Shown here piece by piece: positions 19,474 to 29,686 of a DNA stretch of 64,000 nucleotides. The notes below the pieces were generated by a model, which was given only the letters and a program-made list of their open reading frames with translations, did no database searches and had not been told where the DNA came from. The DNA is taken from positions 4,655 to 68,654 of the forward strand of contig JBDRSE010000102.1 in the NCBI GenBank assembly GCA_043825095.1, read 5' to 3'. Position numbers and translations under genes: made by a program. The first letter of the stretch is position 1. Every line of letters starts with the position of its first letter. Source of the stretch: a bacterium (lineage in GTDB: Bacteria > Myxococcota_A > Polyangia > HGW-17 > JAJRWW01).

Positions 19474-21021
19474 ATGAGTCGCCCGAGGTGCCTGTGGCTG
19501 CCGTGTGTCCTGGCGGTGGCCTTCCTGTCGTGTAAACCCGTTCCGCACAGCGTAGCCGTCACCGAATCTTCGCCACCGGCCGTGCCCGGCCCGGTGCTGA
19601 CGTCCGAGCCGGCGCTGCGCCTACCGACGCCTTGCGCACAGACTCCGGCGACCACGAAGCCCGGCGCGGTCGTGGGCCCCAAGGCGGCCTCGCCCTGCCC
19701 CGCCGGGAAGTCTTCGGCGGCGGCTGCGACATCAGGCGCCCGCCCTGATTCCGGCTCCGTCAGGATGACCCTGATGCCCGAAACCGAGCTCGTGCTCCGT
19801 CGATCAGCGGACGTGCTCAACATGATCCTGAGGCTGGAAGGGGTGAGCGCCGCGGCGACCCAGAAACGACCGCCCGTGGATTTGGCGCTGGTCATCGACC
19901 GCTCCGGCTCCATGGCTGGACAGAAGATCCTGAAGGTGAAGCAGTCCGCGCTGGCGATGCTCAAGACCATGCGTCCCGAGGACCATGTCACGCTCATCAG
20001 CTACGCGGGAGCGGTGAAGACCCATCTTGTGCGGCGCGCCGTGGACGACGACGGACGGGCGCTGCTGAGGCAGGAGATTCTGCGAATGGAGGCCTCCGGG
20101 TCCACGGCCCTTGGCCCCGCCCTGTCGCGTGCCCTTCGGCTCCTCGAACGCGCCGAGCGCAGGGAGAACGTGCTCGCGCACGTCCTGCTGCTGTCCGACG
20201 GCCGCGCCAACGTCGGAGAGACTCGGCCGAGTGTGCTGTCCGATGGGGCCGCCCGCTCGTTCCACAAGGGAATTAGCCTCTCCACCCTGGGCGTGGGCGT
20301 CGACTTCAACGACATCCTCATGATCGCCCTGGCGACTCAAGGGGGCGGCCGCTACCACTTTGTCGAGCGAGACGACCAGATCCCCGCGGTGCTGCAGCAG
20401 GAGCTCGCGGGCCTCTCCACGGCGGTGGCCAGGCACATCACCGTGCGGCTCGAGCTGGCCCAAGGCGTCACGGTTCGGCAGGTCTACGGCTACGCCACAA
20501 CCGCGGTGGCGGGTGGGACGTCCATCCGGGTGGGCGCACTCCGGGCAGGTCAGACCCGCAACATCGTCGTGAGCCTGAACATCCCCTCCACGGCCCATGA
20601 GAAGCTGCAGGTGGGGAGCTTCCAGCTGCAGTTCCGGGACGTGAATCAGGGCGGTGCCGTCACGTCCCTCACCAAGTCGTTGGTCATGGACACGTCGGAC
20701 TCCGCGAATGCGGTGGCCCGCTCGGTGCGCGCCGAGGTGGCGGCGCGGGTGGCCGAGGTGGAGGGCGCCTCCCATCTCAGCCGCGCGACGACCATGTTCA
20801 GTCGCGGCTCCTACGACCGGGCCCAGGGCACCCTCGACAAGGCCGTCCGAAGGCTCGAAACCCAGTACCGCCGCTTTCCCAGCAATCGCGTGCGACGCAT
20901 GATCGACTCGCTGAAGAAGGCCCGCTCCAGGCTGCACTTCGCGCGCACCGCCCCGGCTCCGGCCCGCAGACGCTACATCAAGCGTGGTCGCGCCGACCCC
21001 TACGACGCGTTCATGAATTGA
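19474..21021 (+). CDS. VWA-domain lipoprotein
   Basis: AFLSC lipobox; MIDAS VIDRSGSM, GSTALG, LLSDGRAN; ATG 19474 follows an SD-like sequence. Confidence 0.9.
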   Translation: MSRPRCLWLPCVLAVAFLSCKPVPHSVAVTESSPPAVPGPVLTSEPALRLPTPCAQTPATTKPGAVVGPKAASPCPAGKSSAAAATSGARPDSGSVRMTLMPETELVLRRSADVLNMILRLEGVSAAATQKRPPVDLALVIDRSGSMAGQKILKVKQSALAMLKTMRPEDHVTLISYAGAVKTHLVRRAVDDDGRALLRQEILRMEASGSTALGPALSRALRLLERAERRENVLAHVLLLSDGRANVGETRPSVLSDGAARSFHKGISLSTLGVGVDFNDILMIALATQGGGRYHFVERDDQIPAVLQQELAGLSTAVARHITVRLELAQGVTVRQVYGYATTAVAGGTSIRVGALRAGQTRNIVVSLNIPSTAHEKLQVGSFQLQFRDVNQGGAVTSLTKSLVMDTSDSANAVARSVRAEVAARVAEVEGASHLSRATTMFSRGSYDRAQGTLDKAVRRLETQYRRFPSNRVRRMIDSLKKARSRLHFARTAPAPARRRYIKRGRADPYDAFMN

Positions 21022-21055
21022 TTCGAATCCCGGATATATGTTTAAATATAGATGG

Positions 21056-21466
21056 TTAGATGCCTGAGGACGGCGGCACACAGACCTTGTCATCAGTGTC
21101 GACGGAGCTGACGTTGGAGGAGCAATTGGACTCGTTAATCGCGTCCCGGTTGGCATTGCAGTCCGGCTTGTCTATGCACACGCGAAAACAGTAAAAACCG
21201 CCTGCGTATCCCACACAGACCGAGCCCTCGGGACAGTCGGAAGAGGCAGTGCAGCCTTCCCGACCGCAGTATCCTCCGCCGAATTCGGTGAGGCACTCGA
21301 GGGGATCGGTGGAGTCATCGTCGTCGTCGCAGTCCGCGACCGCCGTGCACTGCGCGCCGATGAGCTGCGCGTCGGCCTCGTTTCCGTCGTCGCCGCACCC
21401 ATTCATCGCAACCGCGGCGAGAATGGCCGCGACACAAAAAGAAGAGAGAACGCAATGTTTCCGCAT
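21056..21466 (-). CDS. small Cys-rich lipoprotein
   Basis: MNGC lipobox; GGYC, SDCPEGSVC, C..DC motifs typical of myxobacterial Cys-rich proteins. Confidence 0.8.
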   Translation of the reverse strand: MRKHCVLSSFCVAAILAAVAMNGCGDDGNEADAQLIGAQCTAVADCDDDDDSTDPLECLTEFGGGYCGREGCTASSDCPEGSVCVGYAGGFYCFRVCIDKPDCNANRDAINESNCSSNVSSVDTDDKVCVPPSSGI

Positions 21467-21707
21467 GGTAGCTCCTTACAGGGTCAGTGTTCACCGCGGT
21501 CCAGCATAGGGCTCACCGCACCGCCGCGCAACCGGTAAACAGGGTCTTCGCGGGATGACCGATTTCTCTTCGGGCCCCTGCCACTCCCTGGCCTCCTCCT
21601 TTCCTTACACCGGGTCCTTGCCTCATGGACAACCCCTACCCCGAACCTATCCCGGTTGACTCCCGGTTCGTTCCGCGGTAAAGGGGATCGTTTTTGATCT
21701 GACCAGG

Positions 21708-22424
21708 TTGCCTGTGGATTCCGCTTCAGATAGCACACCCATCGCAAAACGCGAGCGAAGCCGACGGCTGCTCGTAGTAAGTATTGTGTTTTATGGCGGA
21801 GTAGTGGTGTTTGGACTGTGGTTGCTGTCATCGGTGGCGCTGCACCTGCTCTGGGAGCGGGGGCCGCTCCTCGGCAAGGAGCGAATCTCCCGAAAGGCGG
21901 ACAACCCGGTCGAAATTTTCCACTGCTACCTCGATACGTTGACGCTGTTCAACGTCATGGTGAAGGACTACGGCAGCCTCCCGGCGCGGACGCGATGTGA
22001 GCAATCCTCTCTCAAGGCAGAGTGGAGCTCCATCTACGGCTGGGACACGAACCCCTGGAGCGTCGTCTACACGGGCGGCAATGTCCGCTCGGAGGAAGTT
22101 GGGGTCTGGCGATACCGACGATACGAGGTATGGTCGCGCTGCCGCCTGAGCGACAGCCGTGTCGTTGCCCGAAGCGAAGCGTTGCGCAACCTCCGCAAGA
22201 TTCATCTCGAGATGGATGAGCTGCGTCGGATGCTGACGCGGCAGCTTCACCGACACACCAGCGGCCCCGCGCCCCTGGTCGACAAAATCCGAAGACGACT
22301 GACCAAGACATTTGGAACGCTGAAGAACCGCCGCCGGCTGATGAACAAGTGGAAGAACGTGATTCCGGCGCGCCTGCGCAAGTGGGGAATTCGCAGAAAA
22401 CCCAAGCCCACCTGCCCCATCTGA
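21708..22424 (+). CDS. hypothetical membrane-anchored protein
   Basis: One N-terminal TM helix; ends just before the helicase SD; start uncertain. Confidence 0.6.
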   Translation: MPVDSASDSTPIAKRERSRRLLVVSIVFYGGVVVFGLWLLSSVALHLLWERGPLLGKERISRKADNPVEIFHCYLDTLTLFNVMVKDYGSLPARTRCEQSSLKAEWSSIYGWDTNPWSVVYTGGNVRSEEVGVWRYRRYEVWSRCRLSDSRVVARSEALRNLRKIHLEMDELRRMLTRQLHRHTSGPAPLVDKIRRRLTKTFGTLKNRRRLMNKWKNVIPARLRKWGIRRKPKPTCPI

Positions 22425-22435
22425 AAGGAGCCCCA

Positions 22436-24457
22436 ATGCTGTCCGACAACGACAATCCCTCCAATGGCGAGGGTCGGGACGAGCACGACGACAACGACGA
22501 TCGAACCGGCGACGAGCTGGCGAACCTCGATTCCGAGGAGCCGTCGAAGGATGACTGCGACGACGATACCGTCGTCTACCCGGACGCCACGGCCGAGCAG
22601 GAAGAGCCGCCGGCTGGAACCGGGGACGAGCCCGGGGATCGAGACACCGAGGAGCCAGAGCCGGAACCCACGACCTGGGAGGATCTCGGCCTTCCCGAGG
22701 AACGCATCGCCCTCCTGCGAAAGCACGGGTACGAGCAGCCCATGGAGGTTCAGACTGAGTGCTACCACCACGTTCTGAACGGGATCGACATGACGGTGCA
22801 GTCTCGCACGGGGAGCGGAAAGACCGCCGCCTTCGGGATCCCCATCGTGCAGCTGGTGACCGAACGGGGCGCGAAGCCGGTGCCGCAGATGCTGGCGCTC
22901 TGTCCGACCCGCGAGCTCGCCCTGCAGGTGGCCAACGAGCTGGAACGGATCGCCCAGGGCACCGGGATCCAGGTGTGCGCCCTCTACGGCGGCGCCGCGC
23001 TGGGACCCCAGATCAGCAAGCTGGAGGCGGGCGCTCAGCTCGTGTGCGGTACGCCGGGTCGTGTGCTCGATCACATCCGGCGCCGGACCATGAAGGTGGA
23101 CGACATCTCGGTGCTGGTTCTCGACGAGTGCGATGAGATGCTGTCCATGGGATTCTACGAGGAGCTGTCTTCGATCATTGAACGGCTGCCGGCCCGGGAT
23201 CAGACGCTGCTGTTCTCCGCCACGATCCCGGACGACGTGCAGCGACTGTCCAACAAGTACCTGGACGAGCCGGTTCGCCTCATGCTGAGCGCGGACTTCG
23301 TCGGGGTGAAAGAGATCACACACGCCTACTACATGGTGTCCGGTTTGGCGCGTCCGCGGGATCTGATGCGGGTCCTCGAGGCGGAGTCCCCCGAGTCGGC
23401 CCTCGTGTTCTGCAACACCCGCGAGGACACCGCGAATGTCGCGAACTACCTGAAGCAGAACGGTTTGAGTGCGGAAGCCATCTCCTCCGACTTCTCCCAG
23501 GCGGATCGAGAGCGGTCCATGAACCGGATGAAGGAAAAGAAGGTGCAGTACCTCGTGGCCACGGATGTGGCCGCCCGCGGCATCGACATCACCGCGCTGT
23601 CCCATGTCATCAACTACAAGTTCCCGGACAATGCTGACATCTACATCCATCGCACCGGACGCACCGGGCGCGCCGGGAAGTCGGGAATCGCGCTGTCCCT
23701 GATCTCGCCGCAGGAGCTGGGAGATTTCTACTACATGAAGCTCACGCACGACATCGTACCCGAGGAGCGTCACCTTCCCACCACGGCCGAGCTGGCGGCC
23801 CGAAAGGAAGGCGAGCGCCTCACCGCTCTGGAAACCAATATTCGGGAGCTGGACGAGGTGCTGGATCCGGAGTACCTGTCGCTGGCAAAACGCGTCTGGA
23901 GCAGCCTACGGGCCGAAGAGATCGTGGCGCACCTGCTCCAGGAGCGGTTCGGCAAACCGATGCGGAAACCGTTGCCGCGGTCGGAATCGCCCCGGGAGGA
24001 CTACCCGCGAAGGGAGAGCAGCCCTCGGCGGGACGACGATCGCGGCCCCCGGCGCGACACCGGTCGCGGAGGTCCGCGGCGGGGCGATTCCGGCGGTCGG
24101 GATCGCGGCCCCCGGCGCGACACCGGTCGCGGAGGCCCGCGGAGAGACGGGGATGGTGGACGGGATCGCGGCCCCCGGCGCGACTCGGGCGCTCCCAGTC
24201 AAGAGGATCGCAGCCCCCGCGACGAGATCAAGATCTACATGAATGTCGGTCGCGAAGACGGCGTTTCTCCCGCCGCGGTCATCCAGTTCCTGACGTCCAA
24301 CGGCGAAATCGAAGGACGTGACGTCAACAAGATCCAAATCCGCGACAAGTTCACCTTCGTGGGCATCAACAAGGCGGCCTCCGAGGGTCTCGTGGACCGC
24401 ACCAACGGCAAGAGCTTCGGCGACAAAGAGGTCAAGGTCGAACTCGCGAGGAGCTGA
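22436..24457 (+). CDS. DEAD/DEAH-box RNA helicase with DbpA-type C-terminal RNA-binding domain
   Basis: TGSGKT, PTRELA, TPGR, DECD, SAT, ARGID, HRTGRTGRAG; acidic N-terminus; RG-rich linker; ATG 22436 after AAGGAG. Confidence 0.95.
   Translation: MLSDNDNPSNGEGRDEHDDNDDRTGDELANLDSEEPSKDDCDDDTVVYPDATAEQEEPPAGTGDEPGDRDTEEPEPEPTTWEDLGLPEERIALLRKHGYEQPMEVQTECYHHVLNGIDMTVQSRTGSGKTAAFGIPIVQLVTERGAKPVPQMLALCPTRELALQVANELERIAQGTGIQVCALYGGAALGPQISKLEAGAQLVCGTPGRVLDHIRRRTMKVDDISVLVLDECDEMLSMGFYEELSSIIERLPARDQTLLFSATIPDDVQRLSNKYLDEPVRLMLSADFVGVKEITHAYYMVSGLARPRDLMRVLEAESPESALVFCNTREDTANVANYLKQNGLSAEAISSDFSQADRERSMNRMKEKKVQYLVATDVAARGIDITALSHVINYKFPDNADIYIHRTGRTGRAGKSGIALSLISPQELGDFYYMKLTHDIVPEERHLPTTAELAARKEGERLTALETNIRELDEVLDPEYLSLAKRVWSSLRAEEIVAHLLQERFGKPMRKPLPRSESPREDYPRRESSPRRDDDRGPRRDTGRGGPRRGDSGGRDRGPRRDTGRGGPRRDGDGGRDRGPRRDSGAPSQEDRSPRDEIKIYMNVGREDGVSPAAVIQFLTSNGEIEGRDVNKIQIRDKFTFVGINKAASEGLVDRTNGKSFGDKEVKVELARS
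24038..24184 (+). repeat. 63-bp tandem coding repeat (about 2.3 copies, DRGPRRDTGRGGPRR)
   Basis: GATCGCGGCCCCCGGCGCGAC at 24038, 24101 and 24164. Confidence 0.9.
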
Positions 24458-24462
24458 GAGCC

Positions 24463-26523
24463 CTACTTCATCGTCGCGAAGGGGTCCTTCAGATCCATGT
24501 GCACCATGGGGGTCATCACGGGCTTCATCACCGCCATGATGACGATGCGCCGCATGGGGGGTTCCATCACCGGCTTCATCGCTTGAACATGCGTCGTGCC
24601 CTTGCCGCGGCTGAGGGTGCGTTCCCAAGATTGGTTTGCGGTAGGGACGAACTTGATCTCGACGGTCATGTAGCGCTTCCTCTTGATCTGCAGCACGCGC
24701 TCCTTGGTGCCGTAGGGGATTGCGTAGTTCTCGAGGTTGCTGAACCCGATGAACTTGCCGTCCAGGTAGAGCTTTGCCTTCTCGGGTTCGGTGGCAATGG
24801 TCAGCAGGACCTTTGCGGGAGGCACGAAGGGGGGGGGCGCCGACATGGTAGCCCTGGGAGCGGAGGCATCCGGGGCGGCCATCACCGGGGGCGCAGTCTG
24901 CATCCCCGCTTCGGCGGTTGTTTTCTTGGCCACGCTCGATTTGCCACCCTTCTTCAGCATGAAGAACGCCCCGACGCCGAGTCCGAGGGCGACTGCGAGG
25001 GTGACCAGGATCATGACCGCGGGGCTTTTCTTGGGCGCGGGGGGGGGCGCCAAGGGTGAGGAGGTCAGCTCTACGGCGGACTGGTTCGTAGGGAGCGACA
25101 GCTCATCGCTGAGGGCTGCGACCTTGCTCGTGACAACGTTGGACTGAGATTTCAGCGGCGGAATGGACGCCACCTTGGGGTCGGGCGCCGCGCCGCCGGT
25201 CGCGGGCTGGACTGCGGCGGATTTCAGCGCGCTCACGGCGGCCTCGGTGGAGCCGGAGCACGCCCCGAGCGCTTCGGCGAACTCATTCATGGACTGGAAT
25301 CGATTCGCCGGATCCTTGGCCATGGCACGCAGGATGATCGCTTCGAAGTCCGGCGGGATGGATGGCTCCAGCGAAGACGGCGGCTCGGGATCCTTGGCCA
25401 TATGCTGGTGCAGCACCCCCATGAATGTTTCCGCGATGAAGGGCAGCCGGCCGGTCACGAGCTGGTACAGGATGATGCCCAGCGCATAGATGTCGACGCG
25501 ATGATCGGCCTTGCGGCCCTCGGCCTGCTCAGGCGACATGTAGTCGGGCGTGCCGAAGATCATGCCGGTCTTGGTCTTCTTCGGCTCTCCGCCGTCGAGA
25601 CCCGTGAACTTGGCGATGCCGAAGTCGAGGATCTTCACGAAGTCCGCGCGCCCCGCGTGGTTGATCAGAAATACGTTCTCTGGCTTGAGATCCCGGTGAA
25701 TGATTCCCTTGGCGTGGGCCGCCGCCAGCCCGCGACAGATCTGGATCCCCGCGTCGCGACAGTCTGTCCAGTGAAACCTCCCGACCGACTCCAGCCTGTC
25801 ACCGAGGTCGCCGCCGTCCAGGTGCTCCATCACGAAGAACACCCCGCCTTGGGCGGTCGTGCCGAAGTCCGTGATGTCGATGATGTTCTCGTGTCCGATG
25901 CGGCTCGCGGCCTTGGCCTCGCCGATGAATCGCTGGATCACGTCGCGGCTGTGGGAGAGCTCCTCGTTGAGCACCTTCAGCGCGACCTTTTTCTCGATGA
26001 CGACGTGCTCCGCGAGGTAGACGACGCCCATCCCGCCCTGCCCCAGCAGCTTGAGGATGCGGTAGCGATCGGCGAGCACCTCTCCGATGAGCTTTTCCGG
26101 GTTGGATTCGGGCAGGTCGGGCAGTCCGCCGAATCCCCCTCCACCGCGCTCGGCGCCGATCTCCGGCGCAGTCTGCGGCGGTCGCGCCGTGGGTGGTACG
26201 GACCCCATGGCCGGCAGCACGGTCCCGGGGGGCGGTGCGGCTGGCGGCGGACTCGTTACCGGCGCCGCGACTGGCGGACGCGCTATCGGTGGCGTTGAGG
26301 GCGGCCGTGCCTCGGGCGGCACCGAGGGCGGCCTGGCTTGGGGTGGTCCGGTCACCGAGGGCGGCCGCGCCTCCGGAGGCCCGGTCGCCGGCTTCCCGGT
26401 GGAGACGAAGGTGTCCGCGACACCCGTGCCGAGGGACGGAGGTTTTCCAGAACCCAACGCACCCGACGCACCCAGCACGGTGTGCTGCGGCTTTGCCGAC
26501 CCTTTGTCACGCTCATTCGCCAT
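24463..26523 (-). CDS. Ser/Thr protein kinase with Pro-rich N-terminus, TM helix and PEGA-like domain
   Basis: GQGGMGVVY, HRDLKPEN, DFG, GTPDYMSPE; TM; TEPEKAKLYLDG. Confidence 0.95.
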   Translation of the reverse strand: MANERDKGSAKPQHTVLGASGALGSGKPPSLGTGVADTFVSTGKPATGPPEARPPSVTGPPQARPPSVPPEARPPSTPPIARPPVAAPVTSPPPAAPPPGTVLPAMGSVPPTARPPQTAPEIGAERGGGGFGGLPDLPESNPEKLIGEVLADRYRILKLLGQGGMGVVYLAEHVVIEKKVALKVLNEELSHSRDVIQRFIGEAKAASRIGHENIIDITDFGTTAQGGVFFVMEHLDGGDLGDRLESVGRFHWTDCRDAGIQICRGLAAAHAKGIIHRDLKPENVFLINHAGRADFVKILDFGIAKFTGLDGGEPKKTKTGMIFGTPDYMSPEQAEGRKADHRVDIYALGIILYQLVTGRLPFIAETFMGVLHQHMAKDPEPPSSLEPSIPPDFEAIILRAMAKDPANRFQSMNEFAEALGACSGSTEAAVSALKSAAVQPATGGAAPDPKVASIPPLKSQSNVVTSKVAALSDELSLPTNQSAVELTSSPLAPPPAPKKSPAVMILVTLAVALGLGVGAFFMLKKGGKSSVAKKTTAEAGMQTAPPVMAAPDASAPRATMSAPPPFVPPAKVLLTIATEPEKAKLYLDGKFIGFSNLENYAIPYGTKERVLQIKRKRYMTVEIKFVPTANQSWERTLSRGKGTTHVQAMKPVMEPPMRRIVIMAVMKPVMTPMVHMDLKDPFATMK

Positions 26524-26576
26524 AATCAAACTCGAACATTTTGAACAATATGCGGATCTGTCCTCTCAGTCAAAAC

Positions 26577-28505
26577 CTACCGTGTCATTGGGGCGAAGGG
26601 ATCCTTCAAATCTCCGAGCGAATTCCGAGGTCGCGGGCGCATCACGACCCTGCGCATGGGCGGGGGTTGCCTCTGACGAGCGGACACGATGATGACCCTC
26701 CTGGGCGGAGGGGCTCGTCGGAGCGGCGTCAGGCGCACCGTTGTCGTGGTGTCCCGTCGTTGATCCACCGCACGGACTTCCGCGCGGAAGCCCTGCTTGA
26801 AAATGCGGAATTTGCGCTCTGCCCGCGCCATGGGCCGACGCAGGGTCAACGGCGTGTACCCGATTACCCGATTTTCGTCGATGATGGCAGCGCCCGGCGG
26901 GACCGACAGCAAGGTGATCGCGACGGTGTCGACGGCCGGCTTGGTCATCACCGGCGCGGCGGACTGCCGCGACTTTACCTGCATCGTGTGTTCCGTGGTC
27001 ATCGTCGGCGTCATGGAGATGCCCGGGGTGGGCACGCCAGCGCCTGAGCCGCTCTCTGGCGCCTGTGACTGATACCACACGGCCGCGAACACACCCGCCG
27101 AGATCCCTAGCACCGCCAAGCTCAGCGCCAAGGCTATGGAGCGACGCCGGGAGCGCACTGCTGCGGAGCGCCGAATCACGCGCTGGGCCGTGTGCTCCTC
27201 GACCCAGAGGTCCCCGACGCTGTCGGCCAGCTCTGCGCCGGCACGCCGCACCCTCTCGGCGGTGGGAGGATCGGGCTCTTGCCAGACGCCGAGACTGGAG
27301 GGTGGCTCCACCGCCGAGGGCGGAGGTGCCGGCCTTGGCGGGTCGTCCCCGGAAGCGACCACCGTCGGCATCAGGGTCGGGTCCTGCTGCGGATCTTCGG
27401 GACTGGGCTCCGCGCCCATCGACTGAGGTACGGGCGCTGCCGCGCTCGCGCCGCCGTCCACAACATCGTGGTGAGCGGTCGGTGCAATGGCCAGCTCGTC
27501 CGTCGAGGCCAGACGCAGCGCCTCGAGCATCGCGTCCATGGTCGGGAATCGATCCTCGGGACTGCGGGCGAGCGCCCGGAGAATGGCTCGATCCAGGGCC
27601 GGAGAGACGGCATTGTCCCCCCGTACCTTCCGGGGGCTTTCCGGCGACTCCGAGAGCAGTCGGGTGATGACCGCCATGAAGCTCTCACCCGCGAAGGGGA
27701 CCACACCGCTGACCAATCGGTAGAGCAGTATCCCCAGGGAAAAGATGTCGGTCCTGTGGTCAATCTCGACCGACCCCGAGGCCTGCTCCGGAGACATGTA
27801 TTCCGGCGTTCCAAGCACCTGCCCCGCCCGGGTGAGTTTCCTGTTTTCCTGAGTTATCTTCGCCAGTCCGAAGTCCAGGATTTTGACGTGCTCCTTTCCC
27901 TCTTCGTCCCTGACGAGGCCGATGTTCTCCGGTTTCAGGTCCCGGTGGACGACTCCTGACTGATGCGCGACCGCCACCCCACGCCCAATCTCCAGCGCGA
28001 TGTTCACGGCGCGGTCGACGGCCAGCGGTCGTCCCGGTTCGAGCAGGTCGTGCAGGGTCCGACCGTCCAGCAGCTCCATCACGAAAAACGGAGCGCCCGT
28101 CGACACCTTCCCAAAGTCGCTGATGCCGATGATGTTGGGATGGCTCAACCGCGAGGCGGCCTTGGCCTCACGCAGGAACCGCTCGACAATCTCGGGATCG
28201 GCCACGAACTCCTGCTTGAGCACTTTCACGGCCACCCGCTTTTCGATCAGTAGATGCGTGGACGCGTACACCGTGGAGAGGGCGCCTTCCCCGAGGCGGG
28301 TTTCGATCTTGTACCGCTTGTCGAGCAGCTCGCCGACGAGCGGATCGTAGAGCATCTTCGTGCCCGTGCCGCTCCCGACGCCGATGCCAACCCCGACGGT
28401 CACCGGGCTCCGTTCTTCGGAATCGAGGGGGATGATCGTACCGTCGCGGGGACACATGACCGCCGACGGTGGGACCTCGAGTTTGCAGGAGGGGCAGATT
28501 TTCAT
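26577..28505 (-). CDS. Ser/Thr protein kinase with N-terminal zinc-ribbon, TM helix and PEGA-like domain
   Basis: CPSC..CPRDG, HRDLKPEN, DFG, GTPEYMSPE, SVPPGA...IGYTP. Confidence 0.95.
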   Translation of the reverse strand: MKICPSCKLEVPPSAVMCPRDGTIIPLDSEERSPVTVGVGIGVGSGTGTKMLYDPLVGELLDKRYKIETRLGEGALSTVYASTHLLIEKRVAVKVLKQEFVADPEIVERFLREAKAASRLSHPNIIGISDFGKVSTGAPFFVMELLDGRTLHDLLEPGRPLAVDRAVNIALEIGRGVAVAHQSGVVHRDLKPENIGLVRDEEGKEHVKILDFGLAKITQENRKLTRAGQVLGTPEYMSPEQASGSVEIDHRTDIFSLGILLYRLVSGVVPFAGESFMAVITRLLSESPESPRKVRGDNAVSPALDRAILRALARSPEDRFPTMDAMLEALRLASTDELAIAPTAHHDVVDGGASAAAPVPQSMGAEPSPEDPQQDPTLMPTVVASGDDPPRPAPPPSAVEPPSSLGVWQEPDPPTAERVRRAGAELADSVGDLWVEEHTAQRVIRRSAAVRSRRRSIALALSLAVLGISAGVFAAVWYQSQAPESGSGAGVPTPGISMTPTMTTEHTMQVKSRQSAAPVMTKPAVDTVAITLLSVPPGAAIIDENRVIGYTPLTLRRPMARAERKFRIFKQGFRAEVRAVDQRRDTTTTVRLTPLRRAPPPRRVIIVSARQRQPPPMRRVVMRPRPRNSLGDLKDPFAPMTR

Positions 28506-28832
28506 GATATTACGCCGTCAATGGGCGTCGCAGGGCACCTGAGAAAAGGTATCACCGCCCGGATATCATGTCCAACGGATCAGCGACAATGGTTGCAATC
28601 GCGACCCTTCGGTCAATTGCCCGGATCCGACAACATCGGCCGTCTCCGACCAGTCACGACACCATTCGTCGATCGATCTTCCTGGCTCCCCCGTTCACCC
28701 CTCTCAGGGGGAACTCGCGCATTGCGCACCGTTCTGCACAAGGCGCTTTGATCCCGGTCCGGGGTGCGATAAAACTGCTCCCTGGCGGGACCGCTCGTTC
28801 CGAGGCGGTCGTGGTCGCTGAGAAGGACTGAT

Positions 28833-29549
28833 TTGAGGCAATTCTGGAGCAGCCTCACCGCGGGCAACCGGACACAATGGGTCGTTCTCATCGGCGGCTG
28901 CGCTGTGATGGTGATCTACCTGGTTCAAGGCCATCACAGCTTCTACACCAAACACCTGGCCGCGCCGCTATTCGGTGCGGAGCCGTACAATGACTGGTAT
29001 CGGCATCTCTACCAGTTTCTGGCGGCCTTCGTGCTCCTGGCGATCCTCCCGGCCCTGGCCGCTCGATTCGCGCTGGGCGTGCGATTGGCCGATCAGGGCG
29101 TTACGCTCGGGGACTGGCGATTCGGGTTCCCCGCCGTGGCGGTCGGCATCCTGGTGCTCACCCCGGTCATGTACTTCGGCTCCTTAAACCCGGCGATTCA
29201 AAAAGAGTACCCGTTGACCCGGCTGGCGGGCTGTGGGACCGACCTGTTCGTTCTCTGGGAGCTTTGCTACCTGGTCTACTACATCGCCTGGGAGTACTTC
29301 TTTCGTGGGTTCAACCTCTTCCTGTTGAAGGAGCACTGGGGGGTGACGGCCGCCATTCTGTATCAGACCGTGCCCTCCACGGTGCTCCACATTGGCAAAC
29401 CCCAGTCGGAGATGATGGCCGCGATCCTCGGCGGGGTGCTCTTCGGAGCGCTCGCGATCCGCACCCGTTCGATGCTCTATCCCTTGCTTCTCCACTGGTA
29501 CGTCGGTGCCTGCACGGACTTCTTTTCACTGCTCAACATGGTGCGCTGA
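28833..29549 (+). CDS. CPBP (CAAX/Abi) family intramembrane glutamic endopeptidase
   Basis: Multi-TM; WEYFFRG, LHIGKPQSE, LLHW motifs. Confidence 0.9.
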   Translation: MRQFWSSLTAGNRTQWVVLIGGCAVMVIYLVQGHHSFYTKHLAAPLFGAEPYNDWYRHLYQFLAAFVLLAILPALAARFALGVRLADQGVTLGDWRFGFPAVAVGILVLTPVMYFGSLNPAIQKEYPLTRLAGCGTDLFVLWELCYLVYYIAWEYFFRGFNLFLLKEHWGVTAAILYQTVPSTVLHIGKPQSEMMAAILGGVLFGALAIRTRSMLYPLLLHWYVGACTDFFSLLNMVR

Positions 29550-29686
29550 GCGGCGAGCCCCCGTGGCGATCCGCTCACCTCGCCGGTAGCCGATTTCCCG
29601 TTCGTTCTTGACAATAGCTGACTGCTGGCCGACATTTTGGCGGCCGGTTTCGTCGCTGCCACCTCCGATGTGCGCGGAGTCAGAGT

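Noticed and set aside
24038-24184. CRISPR or mobile repeat in the helicase gene
   Set aside because: In-frame 63-bp duplication encoding an RG-rich linker; no unique spacers.
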